DNA of 64,000 bases from Limnothrix sp. BL-A-16 (lineage in GTDB: Bacteria; Cyanobacteriota; Cyanobacteriia; CACIAM-69d): contig CP166615.1 in assembly GCA_041937175.2 (NCBI GenBank), positions 4,475,750-4,539,749 on the forward strand, written 5' to 3'. The translations under genes were made by a program, and so were the position numbers. Positions 29,039-40,187 of the stretch are shown here, in pieces. Position 1 is the first letter of the stretch, and each line of letters begins with the position of its first letter. Under the pieces are notes generated by a model that saw only the letters and a program-made list of their open reading frames with translations, searched no databases and had not been told where the DNA came from.

Positions 29039-30208
29039 ATGGGATCTTTACCTTCAACCCGAAAACAGCGATCAATTTCCCTCAGTTCGGAGGATTGGGC
29101 AGCCATTGCTCTCCTGATTGTGGCGCTTCTGATCCCACTGTTGCTGTCGGATTTTCGCTTGAATCTTCTGGGGCGCTATCTATCCCTGGCGATCGTGGCC
29201 CTAGGCATTGATTTAATCTGGGGCTACACGGGTCTGCTCAGTTTGGGTCATGGGGTGTTTTTTACCCTGGGTGGCTATGCCTTGGCCATGCACCTGAAGC
29301 TGGTGCAAATTCCGCCCGATGCCACGGTGAAATTGCCGGAATTCATGTCTTTGTATGGGGTGACAGAACTGCCTTGGTTTTGGCAACCGTTTTATAACTT
29401 TCCGGTGACCTTGGTGGGCATGGTTGCTGTGCCCATGGTTGCCGCCAGTATTCTCGGTTACCTGGTGTTTCGGAACCGGATTCGAGGTGTGTATTTCTCC
29501 ATCCTGACCCAGGCGGCGACCATTGTTTTCTTCAACTTTTTCAATGGCCAGCAAAAGTTGATTAACGGTACTAATGGGCTAACCAATTTTGGGCAATTTC
29601 TGGGCTTTGATATTTCATCCCCAGGAACCCAAAAAATCATCTATTTCATCACGCTTGGTGGATTAGTGGTTGCTTACTTAGTTTGTCGCTGGCTCATTTC
29701 CGGCCGCTTTGGGCGACTCCTGATCGCCATTCGGGATGATGAACCTCGGGTTCGTTTTTCGGGCTATAACCCCACGGGTTTTAAGGTGGTGGTGTTTGCG
29801 GTTTCAGCGGCCCTAGCGGGCTTGGCCGGGGCATTATTTACCCTGCAATCGGGAATTGTGTCGCCTAAAACCATGGATATTCCCTTCTCGATCGAGATGG
29901 TGATTTGGGTGGCCGTTGGTGGGCGTGCCACGCTCCTGGGCGCAATTGTGGGTGCGGTGTTGGTGAACTTTGCCAAGAGCCTTTTGAGCGAACAATTCTC
30001 GGCGATTTGGCTCTTTTTCCAAGGGGGCTTGTTCCTGTTGGTGGTGATGGTGTTGCCCGACGGCATTGTTGGTTGGCTCAAGACCTCCGGTATGGATTTA
30101 ATCAATCGACTGATCGGTCGATCGCCCCAGCCGGTTGCCACCTATCCCAGCTTGGAAACCGATCCCGAAGTTCAATTTGAGCGCGAAGAATTGCAGGATA
30201 AATCATGA
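29039..30208 (+). CDS. urtC: Urea ABC transporter permease
   Basis: DLIWGYTGLLSLGHG, RIRGVYFSILTQA, AIRDDEPRVRFSGY. Confidence 0.93.
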   Translation: MGSLPSTRKQRSISLSSEDWAAIALLIVALLIPLLLSDFRLNLLGRYLSLAIVALGIDLIWGYTGLLSLGHGVFFTLGGYALAMHLKLVQIPPDATVKLPEFMSLYGVTELPWFWQPFYNFPVTLVGMVAVPMVAASILGYLVFRNRIRGVYFSILTQAATIVFFNFFNGQQKLINGTNGLTNFGQFLGFDISSPGTQKIIYFITLGGLVVAYLVCRWLISGRFGRLLIAIRDDEPRVRFSGYNPTGFKVVVFAVSAALAGLAGALFTLQSGIVSPKTMDIPFSIEMVIWVAVGGRATLLGAIVGAVLVNFAKSLLSEQFSAIWLFFQGGLFLLVVMVLPDGIVGWLKTSGMDLINRLIGRSPQPVATYPSLETDPEVQFEREELQDKS

Positions 30209-30984
30209 CCCATTCTTTGGATCTGCCAACGGCGGCGGCTCAACCCATCCTCGCCATTCAAAACCTGACCGTCAACTTTGATGGATTCAAGGCCCTGAAT
30301 AACCTAACCTTCAGCATGGCCCCCGGTGAATTGCGGGTGGTGATTGGCCCCAATGGTGCAGGGAAAACCACGTTTTTGGACACGATCACGGGCAAAGTGA
30401 AACCCACCCAAGGGGATGTGTTGTTCAAGGGCCGCAGCCTGAAAGGGCGTAGTGAATACGAAATTGCGCGCTTAGGCATTGGTCGCAAATTCCAAACGCC
30501 TCGGGTTTATCAAAACCTGACCGTGGCCCAAAATTTGGAACTGTCGGGCAATCCCCAAAAAGGTGTGCTCCATAGTTTGTTTCGGAAACCCCTGCGATCG
30601 GAACGACAGTCCGTGGCCCAGCTATTGGAAACTCTGGGACTCACAAGCAAAGCCCAATTACCGGCGGCCCTGCTCTCCCATGGGGAAAAACAACGGCTAG
30701 AAATTGGCATGTTGGTGGCTCAATCGCCGGATTTGTTATTGGTGGATGAACCGGCGGCCGGCTTAACCGATGAAGAAACCTACCAACTGGGGGAATTGTT
30801 GATTTCTTTGGCGGAAGTGCATTCCATCATTGTGATTGAGCATGATATGGAATTTGTCCGGCAAATTGCCCGCACCGTGACGGTTTTGCATGAGGGATCA
30901 TTGCTGTTTGAAGGCACGATGGATGAAGTGCAAAGCGATGAACGGGTGATCGAAGTCTATTTGGGCAAAGAAGACGAGGACTAG
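30205..30984 (+). CDS. urtD: Urea ABC transporter ATP-binding protein
   Basis: GPNGAGKT, GRKFQTP, LSHGEKQ, DEP. Confidence 0.93.
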   Translation: MTHSLDLPTAAAQPILAIQNLTVNFDGFKALNNLTFSMAPGELRVVIGPNGAGKTTFLDTITGKVKPTQGDVLFKGRSLKGRSEYEIARLGIGRKFQTPRVYQNLTVAQNLELSGNPQKGVLHSLFRKPLRSERQSVAQLLETLGLTSKAQLPAALLSHGEKQRLEIGMLVAQSPDLLLVDEPAAGLTDEETYQLGELLISLAEVHSIIVIEHDMEFVRQIARTVTVLHEGSLLFEGTMDEVQSDERVIEVYLGKEDED

Positions 30985-31039
30985 GGATTTGGAAATTGCC
31001 CCTAGAAAAGACCCAAGTAATTGAGATGGAGGACTAGGG

Positions 31040-31756
31040 ATGTTGAAGGTTTCGGGCTTAAATGTTTATTACGGCGAAAGTCATATTCTGCGCGATGTGG
31101 ATATGACTGTTCGCGAAGGGGAAATGACTTGCTTAATTGGTCGAAATGGGGTCGGAAAAACGACGCTCCTGAAAACTATTGTGGGCCTGCTGCCACCTCG
31201 TAGCGGGGCGATCGCCCTGGCCGATTCCCCGATCGCCCATTTGTCTCCCGATCGCCGGGCTAAGTTGGGCATTGGCTATGTGCCCCAAGGTCGCGATATC
31301 ATTCCCCGGCTGACGGTGCGAGAAAACCTACTGTTGGGTTTGGAAGCTTGCCGAGGAACCGATCGCGCCGGAGCCAATGCGAAGGATTTGACGATTCCCG
31401 AAGAAATTTTTGACCTCTTCCCGGTGTTGAAAACCATGCTGAATCGGATGGGGGGCGACCTGTCCGGGGGACAACAACAGCAACTGGCGATCGGGCGGGC
31501 TTTGATGGGCAAACCGAAGCTTTTGGTGTTGGATGAACCCACGGAAGGGATTCAACCCTCGATCGTGTTGCAGATTGAAGAAGCGGTGCAACATATTATT
31601 CGATCGACCGGGATTGCGGTGTTGTTGGTGGAACAGCACTTGCACTTTGTGCGCAAGGCGAATCACTACTACGCCATGCAAAAGGGTTCAATGGTGGCCT
31701 CTGGCAACACGAGCGAACTCAGCAATGAAACGATTCAACAATTCCTGGCGGTTTAG
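31040..31756 (+). CDS. urtE: Urea ABC transporter ATP-binding protein
   Basis: GRNGVGKT, YVPQGR, LSGGQQQQ, DEPTEGIQPS. Confidence 0.93.
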   Translation: MLKVSGLNVYYGESHILRDVDMTVREGEMTCLIGRNGVGKTTLLKTIVGLLPPRSGAIALADSPIAHLSPDRRAKLGIGYVPQGRDIIPRLTVRENLLLGLEACRGTDRAGANAKDLTIPEEIFDLFPVLKTMLNRMGGDLSGGQQQQLAIGRALMGKPKLLVLDEPTEGIQPSIVLQIEEAVQHIIRSTGIAVLLVEQHLHFVRKANHYYAMQKGSMVASGNTSELSNETIQQFLAV

Positions 31757-31910
31757 GGAATTGGCTTAGGGCGTGAACGCCGGTTTTCGCCAGTCCCATT
31801 GCGTTCTCATGGCGGGGACTTCCCTCAACTTTCCAAAATCTTGCTCCCGATCGCGATCGCATTCAATTGAAGCGGTAGGATCGGGAGGTTTTGAGTTGAG
31901 GAACCTTCCC

Positions 31911-32546
31911 GTGGCCTTGGTGCGTGTTCGTGAGCATGTTAATCCCCTCAGTCGCCATTATGATCGGGCGATCGAACCCCCCAATTGGTCGCAACTGTTT
32001 CACCAACTCGATCGACCCCTTCATCTCGATATCGGCTGTGCCAAGGGGCATTTCATCTTAGCCATGGGGGCCCAAGAGCCAACCTGGAACTTTTTGGGCC
32101 TCGAAATTCGTGAACCCTTGGTGCATCAAGCCAACCGCTGGGCCGAAGAGCGCGGCCTTGAGAACGTGCGGTATTTGCCTTGCAATGCCAATCGATCAAT
32201 CCGCCCGCTGTTGGCATCCTTACCCCCAGGAATCGTGCAGCGGGTAACGATTCAATTTCCCGATCCTTGGTTCAAAAAACGCCACCAAAAGCGCCGGGTT
32301 GTGCAACCCAGCTTGGTCAAGGATTTGGCGGAGTTTTTACCCGTGGGAGCGCAGGTTTTTGTGCAATCAGACATCGAAGAAGTGGCGATCGAAATGCGCG
32401 ATCGCTTCTGCGAACATGCGGCTTTTCGGCTCACCCATGCCCTGCCTTGGTTGGTGCAAAACCCGTTACCGATCCCCACCGAACGGGAAAAATCAGTTTT
32501 GGATCAAGGCTTACCGGTTTATCGGGCCTTGTTCGATCGCATTTGA
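31911..32546 (+). CDS. trmB: tRNA (guanine-N7)-methyltransferase
   Basis: RVREHVNP, LDIGC, GLEIR, FPDPWFKKRHQKRR, TERE. Probable GTG start at 31911. Confidence 0.93.
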   Translation: MALVRVREHVNPLSRHYDRAIEPPNWSQLFHQLDRPLHLDIGCAKGHFILAMGAQEPTWNFLGLEIREPLVHQANRWAEERGLENVRYLPCNANRSIRPLLASLPPGIVQRVTIQFPDPWFKKRHQKRRVVQPSLVKDLAEFLPVGAQVFVQSDIEEVAIEMRDRFCEHAAFRLTHALPWLVQNPLPIPTEREKSVLDQGLPVYRALFDRI

Positions 32547-32626
32547 TGACGAAATCTAGCAATCCACTGAATCAATCGAATTGATTTCACCGAATTAATT
32601 CCATCTAATCAATTCCACCGAATCAA

Positions 32627-32656
32627 TAGGGGCAGGTTCCCAGAACCTACCCCTAC
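32627..32656. repeat. REP-like hairpin between convergent trmB and fabF (possible bidirectional terminator)
   Basis: TAGGGGCAGGTTC-CCA-GAACCTACCCCTAC; ends resemble the REPs at 51359-51465. Confidence 0.5.
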
Positions 32657-32730
32657 GGATTGCGCCGAATGCAGCGCCAAATTAAGTTTGAACTCCCTTG
32701 CAGTCCAGTCGATCGCGATGCTAGAAAATC

Positions 32731-34041
32731 CTAGCCGCGATATTTACGGAAGGCGAGCGTCACATTGTGGCCGCCAAACCCAAAGGAATTCGACAGGGCC
32801 ACTTCCACCGGCATTTCCCGGGCTTCATTGGGCACATAGTCCAAATCACAAGCCGGATCGGGATCTTCCAGGTTAATGGTCGGTGGCACCTTGTCATGGA
32901 CGATCGCCATTACCGTCGCCACCGCTTCAATGCCACCGGAACCACCCAAGAGGTGTCCAGTCATGGACTTGGTGGAGCTAATGGCCACCTTGGGAGCCAC
33001 GTCCTCCCCCAAAGCCGCTTTGATGGCCGCTGTTTCAGTGGAATCGTTGGCGGGGGTGCTGGTGCCGTGGGCGTTGATGTAGTTCACTTGGTTGGGAGTG
33101 ATGCCTGCATCCTTCATGGCCAAGCGAATGGCTCGGGCTGCTCCTTCCCCGCCGGGAACCGGAGCTGTCATGTGGTATGCATCGCAGGTCATTCCGTAGC
33201 CGATGATTTCTGCATAAATCTTGGCTCCCCGGCTGAGGGCGTGATCCAGTTCTTCGAGCAACAGAATCCCGGCTCCTTCGCCCATGACGAAGCCGTCGCG
33301 TCCTTGGTCAAAGGGACGGCTGGCGCGGGTGGGATCGTCGTTGCGGGTGGACATGGCCTTCATGGCTGCGAAGCCGGCCATTCCCAGCGGTGTGATGGCT
33401 GCTTCTGAGCCGCCGCACACGATCGCCTGGGCATAGCCTCGCTGCACGAGCCGGAATGCATCTCCGATCGAGTTGGATCCCGCCGCGCAAGCTGTCACCG
33501 TGCAAGAGTTTGGCCCCTTGGCCCCCAGTTGGATTGCCGTCAGACCAGCGGCCATGTTGGCAATCATGGTGGGAATCATGAAGGGGCTGCATCGATCGGG
33601 CCCACGATGGAGTAGCACTTCCACCTGGTCTTCGAGAACCTTCAGTCCCCCAATGCCGGTTCCGATTAACACCCCAACCTGCTCAGCGTTCAGGTCGTTG
33701 ATCACGAACTGGGCATCTGCAACGGCTTGCTTACTGGCACAAACCGCGATTTGCGTGAACCGATCCATCCGCTTGGCATCTTTGCGATCGATGTATTGCA
33801 GTGGATCAAAGTCCTTCAGTTCGCCGGCAATTCGGCAGTCGTGGCGTGAGGCATCAAACAGCGTAACCGGCCCAATGCCGTTACGCCCCGCCATTAGCCC
33901 ATCCCAATATTCACTGAGGGTGTTGCCAATGGGGGTAATTGCGCCCAGACCGGTGACGACAACGCGCCGACGGGGTTCGTCAGCGGGGGCCGCACCGGCA
34001 GCGCTTGCCACAGGGGTGTCAACGCGGTTGGAACTGGTCAT
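32731..34041 (-). CDS. fabF: 3-oxoacyl-ACP synthase II
   Basis: [32 protein letters not shown]. Confidence 0.96.
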   Translation of the reverse strand: MTSSNRVDTPVASAAGAAPADEPRRRVVVTGLGAITPIGNTLSEYWDGLMAGRNGIGPVTLFDASRHDCRIAGELKDFDPLQYIDRKDAKRMDRFTQIAVCASKQAVADAQFVINDLNAEQVGVLIGTGIGGLKVLEDQVEVLLHRGPDRCSPFMIPTMIANMAAGLTAIQLGAKGPNSCTVTACAAGSNSIGDAFRLVQRGYAQAIVCGGSEAAITPLGMAGFAAMKAMSTRNDDPTRASRPFDQGRDGFVMGEGAGILLLEELDHALSRGAKIYAEIIGYGMTCDAYHMTAPVPGGEGAARAIRLAMKDAGITPNQVNYINAHGTSTPANDSTETAAIKAALGEDVAPKVAISSTKSMTGHLLGGSGGIEAVATVMAIVHDKVPPTINLEDPDPACDLDYVPNEAREMPVEVALSNSFGFGGHNVTLAFRKYRG

Positions 34042-34118
34042 GGTGATAACAGTCTGGAGGTCTGCAAACCCAGCACGAGAGGTCTACGAGCCGTCAGTGG
34101 GCGATCGGGCTGCAATAA

Positions 34119-34358
34119 CTAAGATTGTTGAGCAAGAATATAATCAACCGCTTCTTGCACGGTGGTGATTTTCTCAGCCGCTTCGTCAGGAATTTCGATA
34201 TCAAATTCTTCTTCGAGGGCCATGACTAACTCAACGGTGTCCAGGGAGTCTGCACCCAGGTCGTTGCTAAAGCTAGCTGCCGGCACGACTTTCTCAACTT
34301 CAACGCTGAGCTGATCGGCTACGATTTTTTTAACTTTTTCGAAAATTTGATCCTGCAT
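34119..34358 (-). CDS. acpP: Acyl carrier protein
   Basis: [20 protein letters not shown]; start MQDQ at 34358. Confidence 0.96.
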   Translation of the reverse strand: MQDQIFEKVKKIVADQLSVEVEKVVPAASFSNDLGADSLDTVELVMALEEEFDIEIPDEAAEKITTVQEAVDYILAQQS

Positions 34359-34888
34359 GATGACTCCTATTGGACAGCCCCCCAAGCCGCCCAGGTTCTA
34401 GTCTGACGGGGTGAGGGTTATCGTCGCACAACGGGGGTGCAATGATCGATCCGACAACAGATCTGAGCTATTGAAAACTCTAAAAATGCTGCGATCGAGA
34501 AGGTGAGCGGGCGGGCCGTGCATCCGGCTCAGTCGGCTTGCGTCTGAATAGACCGCAGCAAGGCAGTCGGCTGGCTCGAAGATGACGATAACCAGACCGC
34601 GACCAAGGGTCATCGAGACGGGTCACCGATGAGGGCGCATCTAAGCATTCCTTCATCTTATCGGAAAGCGGCCGTTGCGGGTGAGATTCTACGGGCGATT
34701 GCTCCCCACAGCCCAATGCGAGGCGGTGGGCGGCCTGGGTTGACTTGGCGGGGCAGGAGTTCTGGAGCGGGATCAAGGCGCAGATACTGAAACCAAGCGA
34801 CTGGCTCAGAATGGAACAGAATCCAAAAGATTTGCCCAAAATCCCAGTCGCGCCCTTTAAACTCAGAACCATCAACGCCATGACAGCG

Positions 34889-34976
34889 CCATGACTTAGT
34901 TGCCACGATTCGGTTGCCACGATTCGGTTGCCATGCCTTAGTTGCCACGATTCGGTTGCCACGATTCGGTTGCCAC
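34889..34976. repeat. Tandem 14-bp repeat (GTTGCCACGATTCG) arranged as a 42-bp higher-order duplication
   Basis: Directly visible; intergenic between acpP and the hdrB-like gene. Confidence 0.85.
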
Positions 34977-35073
34977 GTATCGATGGCTCATGATTCGGCA
35001 GTAGACATGATCGGCAATGACCACGATTGGCAATGAATGGGCGCTTGATTAACCCTTGGGAGTAATTTGAACG

Positions 35074-36057
35074 ATGGTTGTTGCCCAAAGTGGAACACCG
35101 ACGACATCGCGATCGACCGGTTCTTTTCCCGATCGCCAGCCGCTACAGGGTCGATCGGGCAAGCTGAAATACGCCTATTACCCGGGCTGTGTGGCCAAGG
35201 GGGCCTGCGGCGAGCTGCACCAATCCACCACCGCGATCGCCCGTGTTTTGGGCATTGAGTTGGTAGAGTTGACGGCGGCCGCCTGTTGTGGGTCAGGCAC
35301 GTTTAAAGAAGAATCCCAACTGCTCGAAGATACGGTCAACGCCCGCAACATTGCCCTGGCCGAGGCCTTGGACTTACCGATGCTGACCCATTGCAGCACC
35401 TGCCAAGGGGTGATTGGCCATGTGGATGAGCGACTCAAAACCGCCCGCGATCGACAACCGGACTATTTCCAGCAGGTGAATGGCCTGCTGTCGGATCAGG
35501 GCTGCTTGCCCTACCGAGGTTCCACGGAGGTGAAGCATTTGCTCTGGGCCCTGGTGGCCGATTACGGCATTGAGGCGATCGCCCAGCGCGTGACCCGCCG
35601 CCTGGCCGGCCTCAACTGTGCCGCCTTTTATGGTTGTTATCTGCTGCGGGCCCAGTCGTTTAATCGTTACGACAACGCCGACAACCCCCGATCGATGGAG
35701 CAAATTTTTGCGGCCCTGGGCGCAGGGGCGATCGACTACCGTGGGCGCACCCAATGCTGCGGTTGGCCCCTGGCCAGCTATGCCACCGATGCGTCCTTCC
35801 AGTTGGCGGGAACCCACCTTGCAGAGGCGATCGCCGCAGGAGCTGATTGCCTGGTCACGCCCTGTCCCCTGTGTCATCTCAACCTCGATTCCCGACAACC
35901 GGAAGTGGCAAAAGTGACCGGGCGATCGCTCAACATCCCCGTGCTGCATCTGCCGCAACTAATTGGCCTGGCATTGGGTCTGGCCCCGCGCGATTTGGGC
36001 CTCGATCGCCACATTGTTTCCACGCGCCCAATGCTCCAAAAGCTGGGTCTGGCTTAG
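35074..36057 (+). CDS. HdrB/SdhE-like CCG-domain Fe-S protein (cyanobacterial succinate dehydrogenase-associated family)
   Basis: YAYYPGC, ACCGSG, CSTC, FYGC, QCCG, TPCPLCHLNLD. Confidence 0.88.
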   Translation: MVVAQSGTPTTSRSTGSFPDRQPLQGRSGKLKYAYYPGCVAKGACGELHQSTTAIARVLGIELVELTAAACCGSGTFKEESQLLEDTVNARNIALAEALDLPMLTHCSTCQGVIGHVDERLKTARDRQPDYFQQVNGLLSDQGCLPYRGSTEVKHLLWALVADYGIEAIAQRVTRRLAGLNCAAFYGCYLLRAQSFNRYDNADNPRSMEQIFAALGAGAIDYRGRTQCCGWPLASYATDASFQLAGTHLAEAIAAGADCLVTPCPLCHLNLDSRQPEVAKVTGRSLNIPVLHLPQLIGLALGLAPRDLGLDRHIVSTRPMLQKLGLA

Positions 36058-36122
36058 GCATCAGCCCCCTGAGACGGGCGATCGACCCCGGCGGGAACCG
36101 CCCCCCAAACGACCCACAATGA

Positions 36123-36527
<405 letters not shown>

Positions 36528-36739
36528 GCCAGGGCTACTGATGTTGGTTGAAGTTGGCTTGGCTCAATTGGCGTTTCTTTGCTGGTTGGCTAAGTCGTCT
36601 TGCCGGGAGTCTCGATCGCATCTCCCCTTTGGGTGGTGAATTTGGGACAACGTTGCAGGAATTTTTGAGATGATTTTAAGAGTACGCACCCTTTGCGTGC
36701 TCTTTATTTTGATGATTTTTATTGATGACTTTCATTTTC

Positions 36740-36886
36740 AGGACTTACGCAGGATTTTCTGAAACCCTCACCCCTAGCCCCTCTCCCAAGCAGGGCGAGG
36801 GGAACTCAGAAGATACTGACTCCCCTTCTCCCGCTCTGGGAGAAGGGGTTGGGGGATGAGGGCAATTGAAGTTTTGCGTAAGTCCT
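36740..36886. repeat. MITE-like element with AGGACTTACGCA/TGCGTAAGTCCT ends carrying the same palindromic cassette as 16008-16182
   Basis: Perfect 12-bp terminal inverted repeats; internal CCCTCACCCC..CCCTCTCCC..GGGAGAAGGGGTTGGGGGATGAGGG. Confidence 0.75.
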
Positions 36887-37007
36887 AATTTTGATAATTG
36901 CTAGTGCTTTGCTAATTTTGAGCCATAGCCAACCGAATCGGCCGTGGCGGAGGTGAGAGGGTTGGCCAGGTCATTCAACCACCCATAATCGAGCAAGGCA
37001 GTGAGCC

Positions 37008-40000
37008 ATGATGATTGAGCTGTGGGGATTGGTTCATGTAGTCACCAGTCCGGCCATGAAGCCTTTGTGGGAATGGCTCGGCAGCTTTTCCCAAGACATT
37101 GCTCAAGATCTGCTGAAGGATTTCGTCAAGGATGACTTGATCATCAGCAATTGGCAGCGGTTGCCGTTCACCGCTCAAGGGCGCACCGTGATCCGATCGC
37201 TCAATTCCTTTGCGACGGCCATGGAGCAAGAACTTGATCGCCTGGGTTGTGCCCCCGATGCTTACGTCAAACCGCTGAAGACTTTCATCAAGGATCGTGA
37301 CGGGGCAGCCCTGCTGGGCACGGCGCTGAACTTGCGGCAGGAAACCCCCGACCCGATCGCCCTGGCGGAGTTGTGGGATGAGCTGGGGGTGCGATCGCTA
37401 CCCGAAGGGTTCGACTGGGCGGCGGTAGCGGCGGCCTATCGATCGGCGGTGCAAGCGATCGTCCGGGATTCGGCGGAGTTGCGATCGATCGCTCAATTTG
37501 AACTAACGGCCCAACTGCTGGAGGGACAACAGGCCACGGCGGATTTGCTGGCCGATCGGTTGGGGCCGGCTGTAGATTTTGACTTGGAAGCCTATGCACG
37601 ATCGATTCAAATTAACTGTGGCAAGTTACCACTCGATCAGTTAGCTGCCGATGGGGGAGCCTATTCGGTGAAGCTGTGGCAAGTGTTTTTGCCACAGCGG
37701 GCACGAGAATGTGGGGAATATTTGCCGCAACTGGACAAAGCACCCAAGGAATTGCTGCGGCAATATGGCTTGCTGGAGGGAGAACCTGACGAAGATCAAC
37801 AGGAAAAACTGCGGGATCTCTATCGTAGCCAAGCACCGCGATCGGTGTTGGAGTTGGCAGCCGATCCGGCAGCTAACTTATTAGTGATTTTGGGCGATCC
37901 GGGGTCGGGAAAATCCACATTGCTCAAATATTTAGCGCTGGATTGGGCGACTTATGAAAATGAACTATTCAGAGTCAACGATATCCGCCCCCTCGATCAA
38001 TTGCTCGCGCGGCCGTTGCCGTTGTTGGTGGAATTACGATTGTGGGCACGGGAATTCAATCTCGATTTGTTGGACTATTTTCATTCAGGCAATGTCTTCG
38101 ATCGGCTAAATAAATCTCAGTTGCATAATTGGTTAAGTACAGGGCGGGCACTGCTGTTATTTGATGGGTTGGATGAAGTATTTGAACCACTCCAGCGGGA
38201 AGCAGTGATTCGAGAAATTTGCCGAGTAGCTCATGAATATCCGGAGACCAAGATCATTGTTACGTCGCGGGTTTATGGCTATCAAAACTATGCCCAATCA
38301 CTTATGAATCATGGATTCCGTCATTGGTTGCTGGAAGATTTCGACGATGAGCAAATTCAGCAATTTTGCGATCGCTGGCATCAGGAAACCTTTGAAACCA
38401 GCGAAAAGGCTGATCGCGATCGCTGTCGAAAACGCCTAGGGAATGCGATCACTCAAAGACGCACCATCCGCGAGCTGGCGGGCAATCCGTTGATGCTGAC
38501 AATGATGTGTATTTTGAATCGCAAATCGCAGCTACCGGATGAGCGATTAGAGTTCTATCGGCAAGCCACCGATCTATTGCTGCGGGACTGGGATGTGGAG
38601 CACAAAAACCTACCCGATCGCTGTCAGGATATTCAGCTCACTCTCAATCAAAAGCACAAGATTGTGCGACGGGTGGCGTTTTATTTGCAGAACACCGAAG
38701 GGGGCTTGGCCGGCAACTTAATTCGTGAAGCGGACTTGCAAGCGATCGTGGCAGATTATTTACACACGTTGTCGCAGCCGAATCCTGAGGGTTGGGCGGA
38801 AGCCTTGATCGATAGCTTGCGCGTGCGAAATTTCACACTCTGTTCGGCGGGAACGGGCTATTACGCCTTTGTGCATCGCACCTTTTTAGAATATTTCTGC
38901 GCGACGGAAATTTACGAGCGATTTAACCAGCGGGATTCGGGAAGCCAAAATGCGATCTCAGCAGATGATTTGATTCACAACATTTTTGGTCAATATTGGA
39001 ATGATGATGCTTGGCGAGAAGTGTTGGTTTTGTTGGCGAGTCAGTTACCGATTGGTTTTGCGAAACAGGCGATCACGCTTTTGGTGGAACTGGATGAAAC
39101 CATGAGTGAGAAAGCTGATTTTTCCAATCTCTTTTTAGCAGCAGATTGCTTGGTAGAGTTACCGGAGAGATCAACGATTGCGGATCTAGATCGTGATCTG
39201 CTAAAGCGGTTGCGCTCGTTGACTGATAAGAAAGAACTCTACAAGAGTAGATATTCTGAGATTGATATTCAGTCCAAAAAACCGATTAAGGTGAAAGCAA
39301 TTTATATTGAACCAATTAGATATAGAGGAATATCAGATGACTCCAAAAAATTGTCTTCAATTCAGAATTTTCAAGAGCAATCAATTCACTATATTGCCCA
39401 ATATTGGAAGGCTGACAATGACACATTATCTTGGCTCAAGAAGCAAGTATATGACAATCAAAATGTAAATGTTCAAGCATCAGCAGTGAAAGCAATTGCA
39501 CAGCATTGGCGAGATGATTTCAAAACATTGATTTGGCTCAAGGAACGAGTGCATGATCCTCACAATTCAAAAACACGAGACAAGGTACAAGAAGAAGCAT
39601 TGTTAGCAATTTCTCAGTACTGGAAAGATGACCCCGAAACTTTATTCTGGCTGAAAGAACAAGTTCGCAATAATCAGAACCTGGAGTTGAAAGAAGTAGC
39701 TGTATGGGCTGTCAGTCAGTACTGGAAAGATGATCCAAAAACTTTATTTTGGCTGCAAGAACAAGCTCGCAATGGTCAGAGTCCAGGAGTACGACAAGCA
39801 GCAATGCGAGTCATCGCTAAATACTGGCAGATGGATCCTGACACCTTGCAAATACTCACAGAGCGGGCATATTGCGATGGGGACGGATTTATACGGCGAG
39901 AAGCTTTAGAAATAATTGCTCGCCACTGGAAAGACGACCCCGACACATTCAACTTGCTGTGCGAAGTTGCTACCCAAGATCCGTTTCAGCGCTCAGATAG

Positions 40001-40187
40001 CGAATATCGGAAATTTGAAAGGAATCCGCGTCAAACAGCTCTTGAGGGATTGTTAGAAATTGCGCCTAAGAATCCGCAGGTGATTGATCTGTTACGCGAT
40101 CGCGCTGCCAACGACCCCGACGATCTCTTGCGCGAATGGGCAACCGAACAACTCACCAGAATTGATTCGCAGTCGCACGAGACATGA
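37008..40187 (+). CDS. NACHT-domain STAND NTPase with C-terminal HEAT-like repeats
   Basis: Walker A GDPGSGKST, Walker B LLLFDGLDEV, VTSR, NPLML, FVHRTFLEYF, WREV; repeats of consensus WKDDPxTLxWL. Confidence 0.9.
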   Translation: MMIELWGLVHVVTSPAMKPLWEWLGSFSQDIAQDLLKDFVKDDLIISNWQRLPFTAQGRTVIRSLNSFATAMEQELDRLGCAPDAYVKPLKTFIKDRDGAALLGTALNLRQETPDPIALAELWDELGVRSLPEGFDWAAVAAAYRSAVQAIVRDSAELRSIAQFELTAQLLEGQQATADLLADRLGPAVDFDLEAYARSIQINCGKLPLDQLAADGGAYSVKLWQVFLPQRARECGEYLPQLDKAPKELLRQYGLLEGEPDEDQQEKLRDLYRSQAPRSVLELAADPAANLLVILGDPGSGKSTLLKYLALDWATYENELFRVNDIRPLDQLLARPLPLLVELRLWAREFNLDLLDYFHSGNVFDRLNKSQLHNWLSTGRALLLFDGLDEVFEPLQREAVIREICRVAHEYPETKIIVTSRVYGYQNYAQSLMNHGFRHWLLEDFDDEQIQQFCDRWHQETFETSEKADRDRCRKRLGNAITQRRTIRELAGNPLMLTMMCILNRKSQLPDERLEFYRQATDLLLRDWDVEHKNLPDRCQDIQLTLNQKHKIVRRVAFYLQNTEGGLAGNLIREADLQAIVADYLHTLSQPNPEGWAEALIDSLRVRNFTLCSAGTGYYAFVHRTFLEYFCATEIYERFNQRDSGSQNAISADDLIHNIFGQYWNDDAWREVLVLLASQLPIGFAKQAITLLVELDETMSEKADFSNLFLAADCLVELPERSTIADLDRDLLKRLRSLTDKKELYKSRYSEIDIQSKKPIKVKAIYIEPIRYRGISDDSKKLSSIQNFQEQSIHYIAQYWKADNDTLSWLKKQVYDNQNVNVQASAVKAIAQHWRDDFKTLIWLKERVHDPHNSKTRDKVQEEALLAISQYWKDDPETLFWLKEQVRNNQNLELKEVAVWAVSQYWKDDPKTLFWLQEQARNGQSPGVRQAAMRVIAKYWQMDPDTLQILTERAYCDGDGFIRREALEIIARHWKDDPDTFNLLCEVATQDPFQRSDSEYRKFERNPRQTALEGLLEIAPKNPQVIDLLRDRAANDPDDLLREWATEQLTRIDSQSHET

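Noticed and set aside
34889..34976. Possible CRISPR array
   Set aside because: Contiguous 14-bp units with no unique spacers, and no cas genes in the window.
34480..35088. 202-aa minus-strand ORF
   Set aside because: Runs through the tandem repeat in an intergenic region; no protein-like features.
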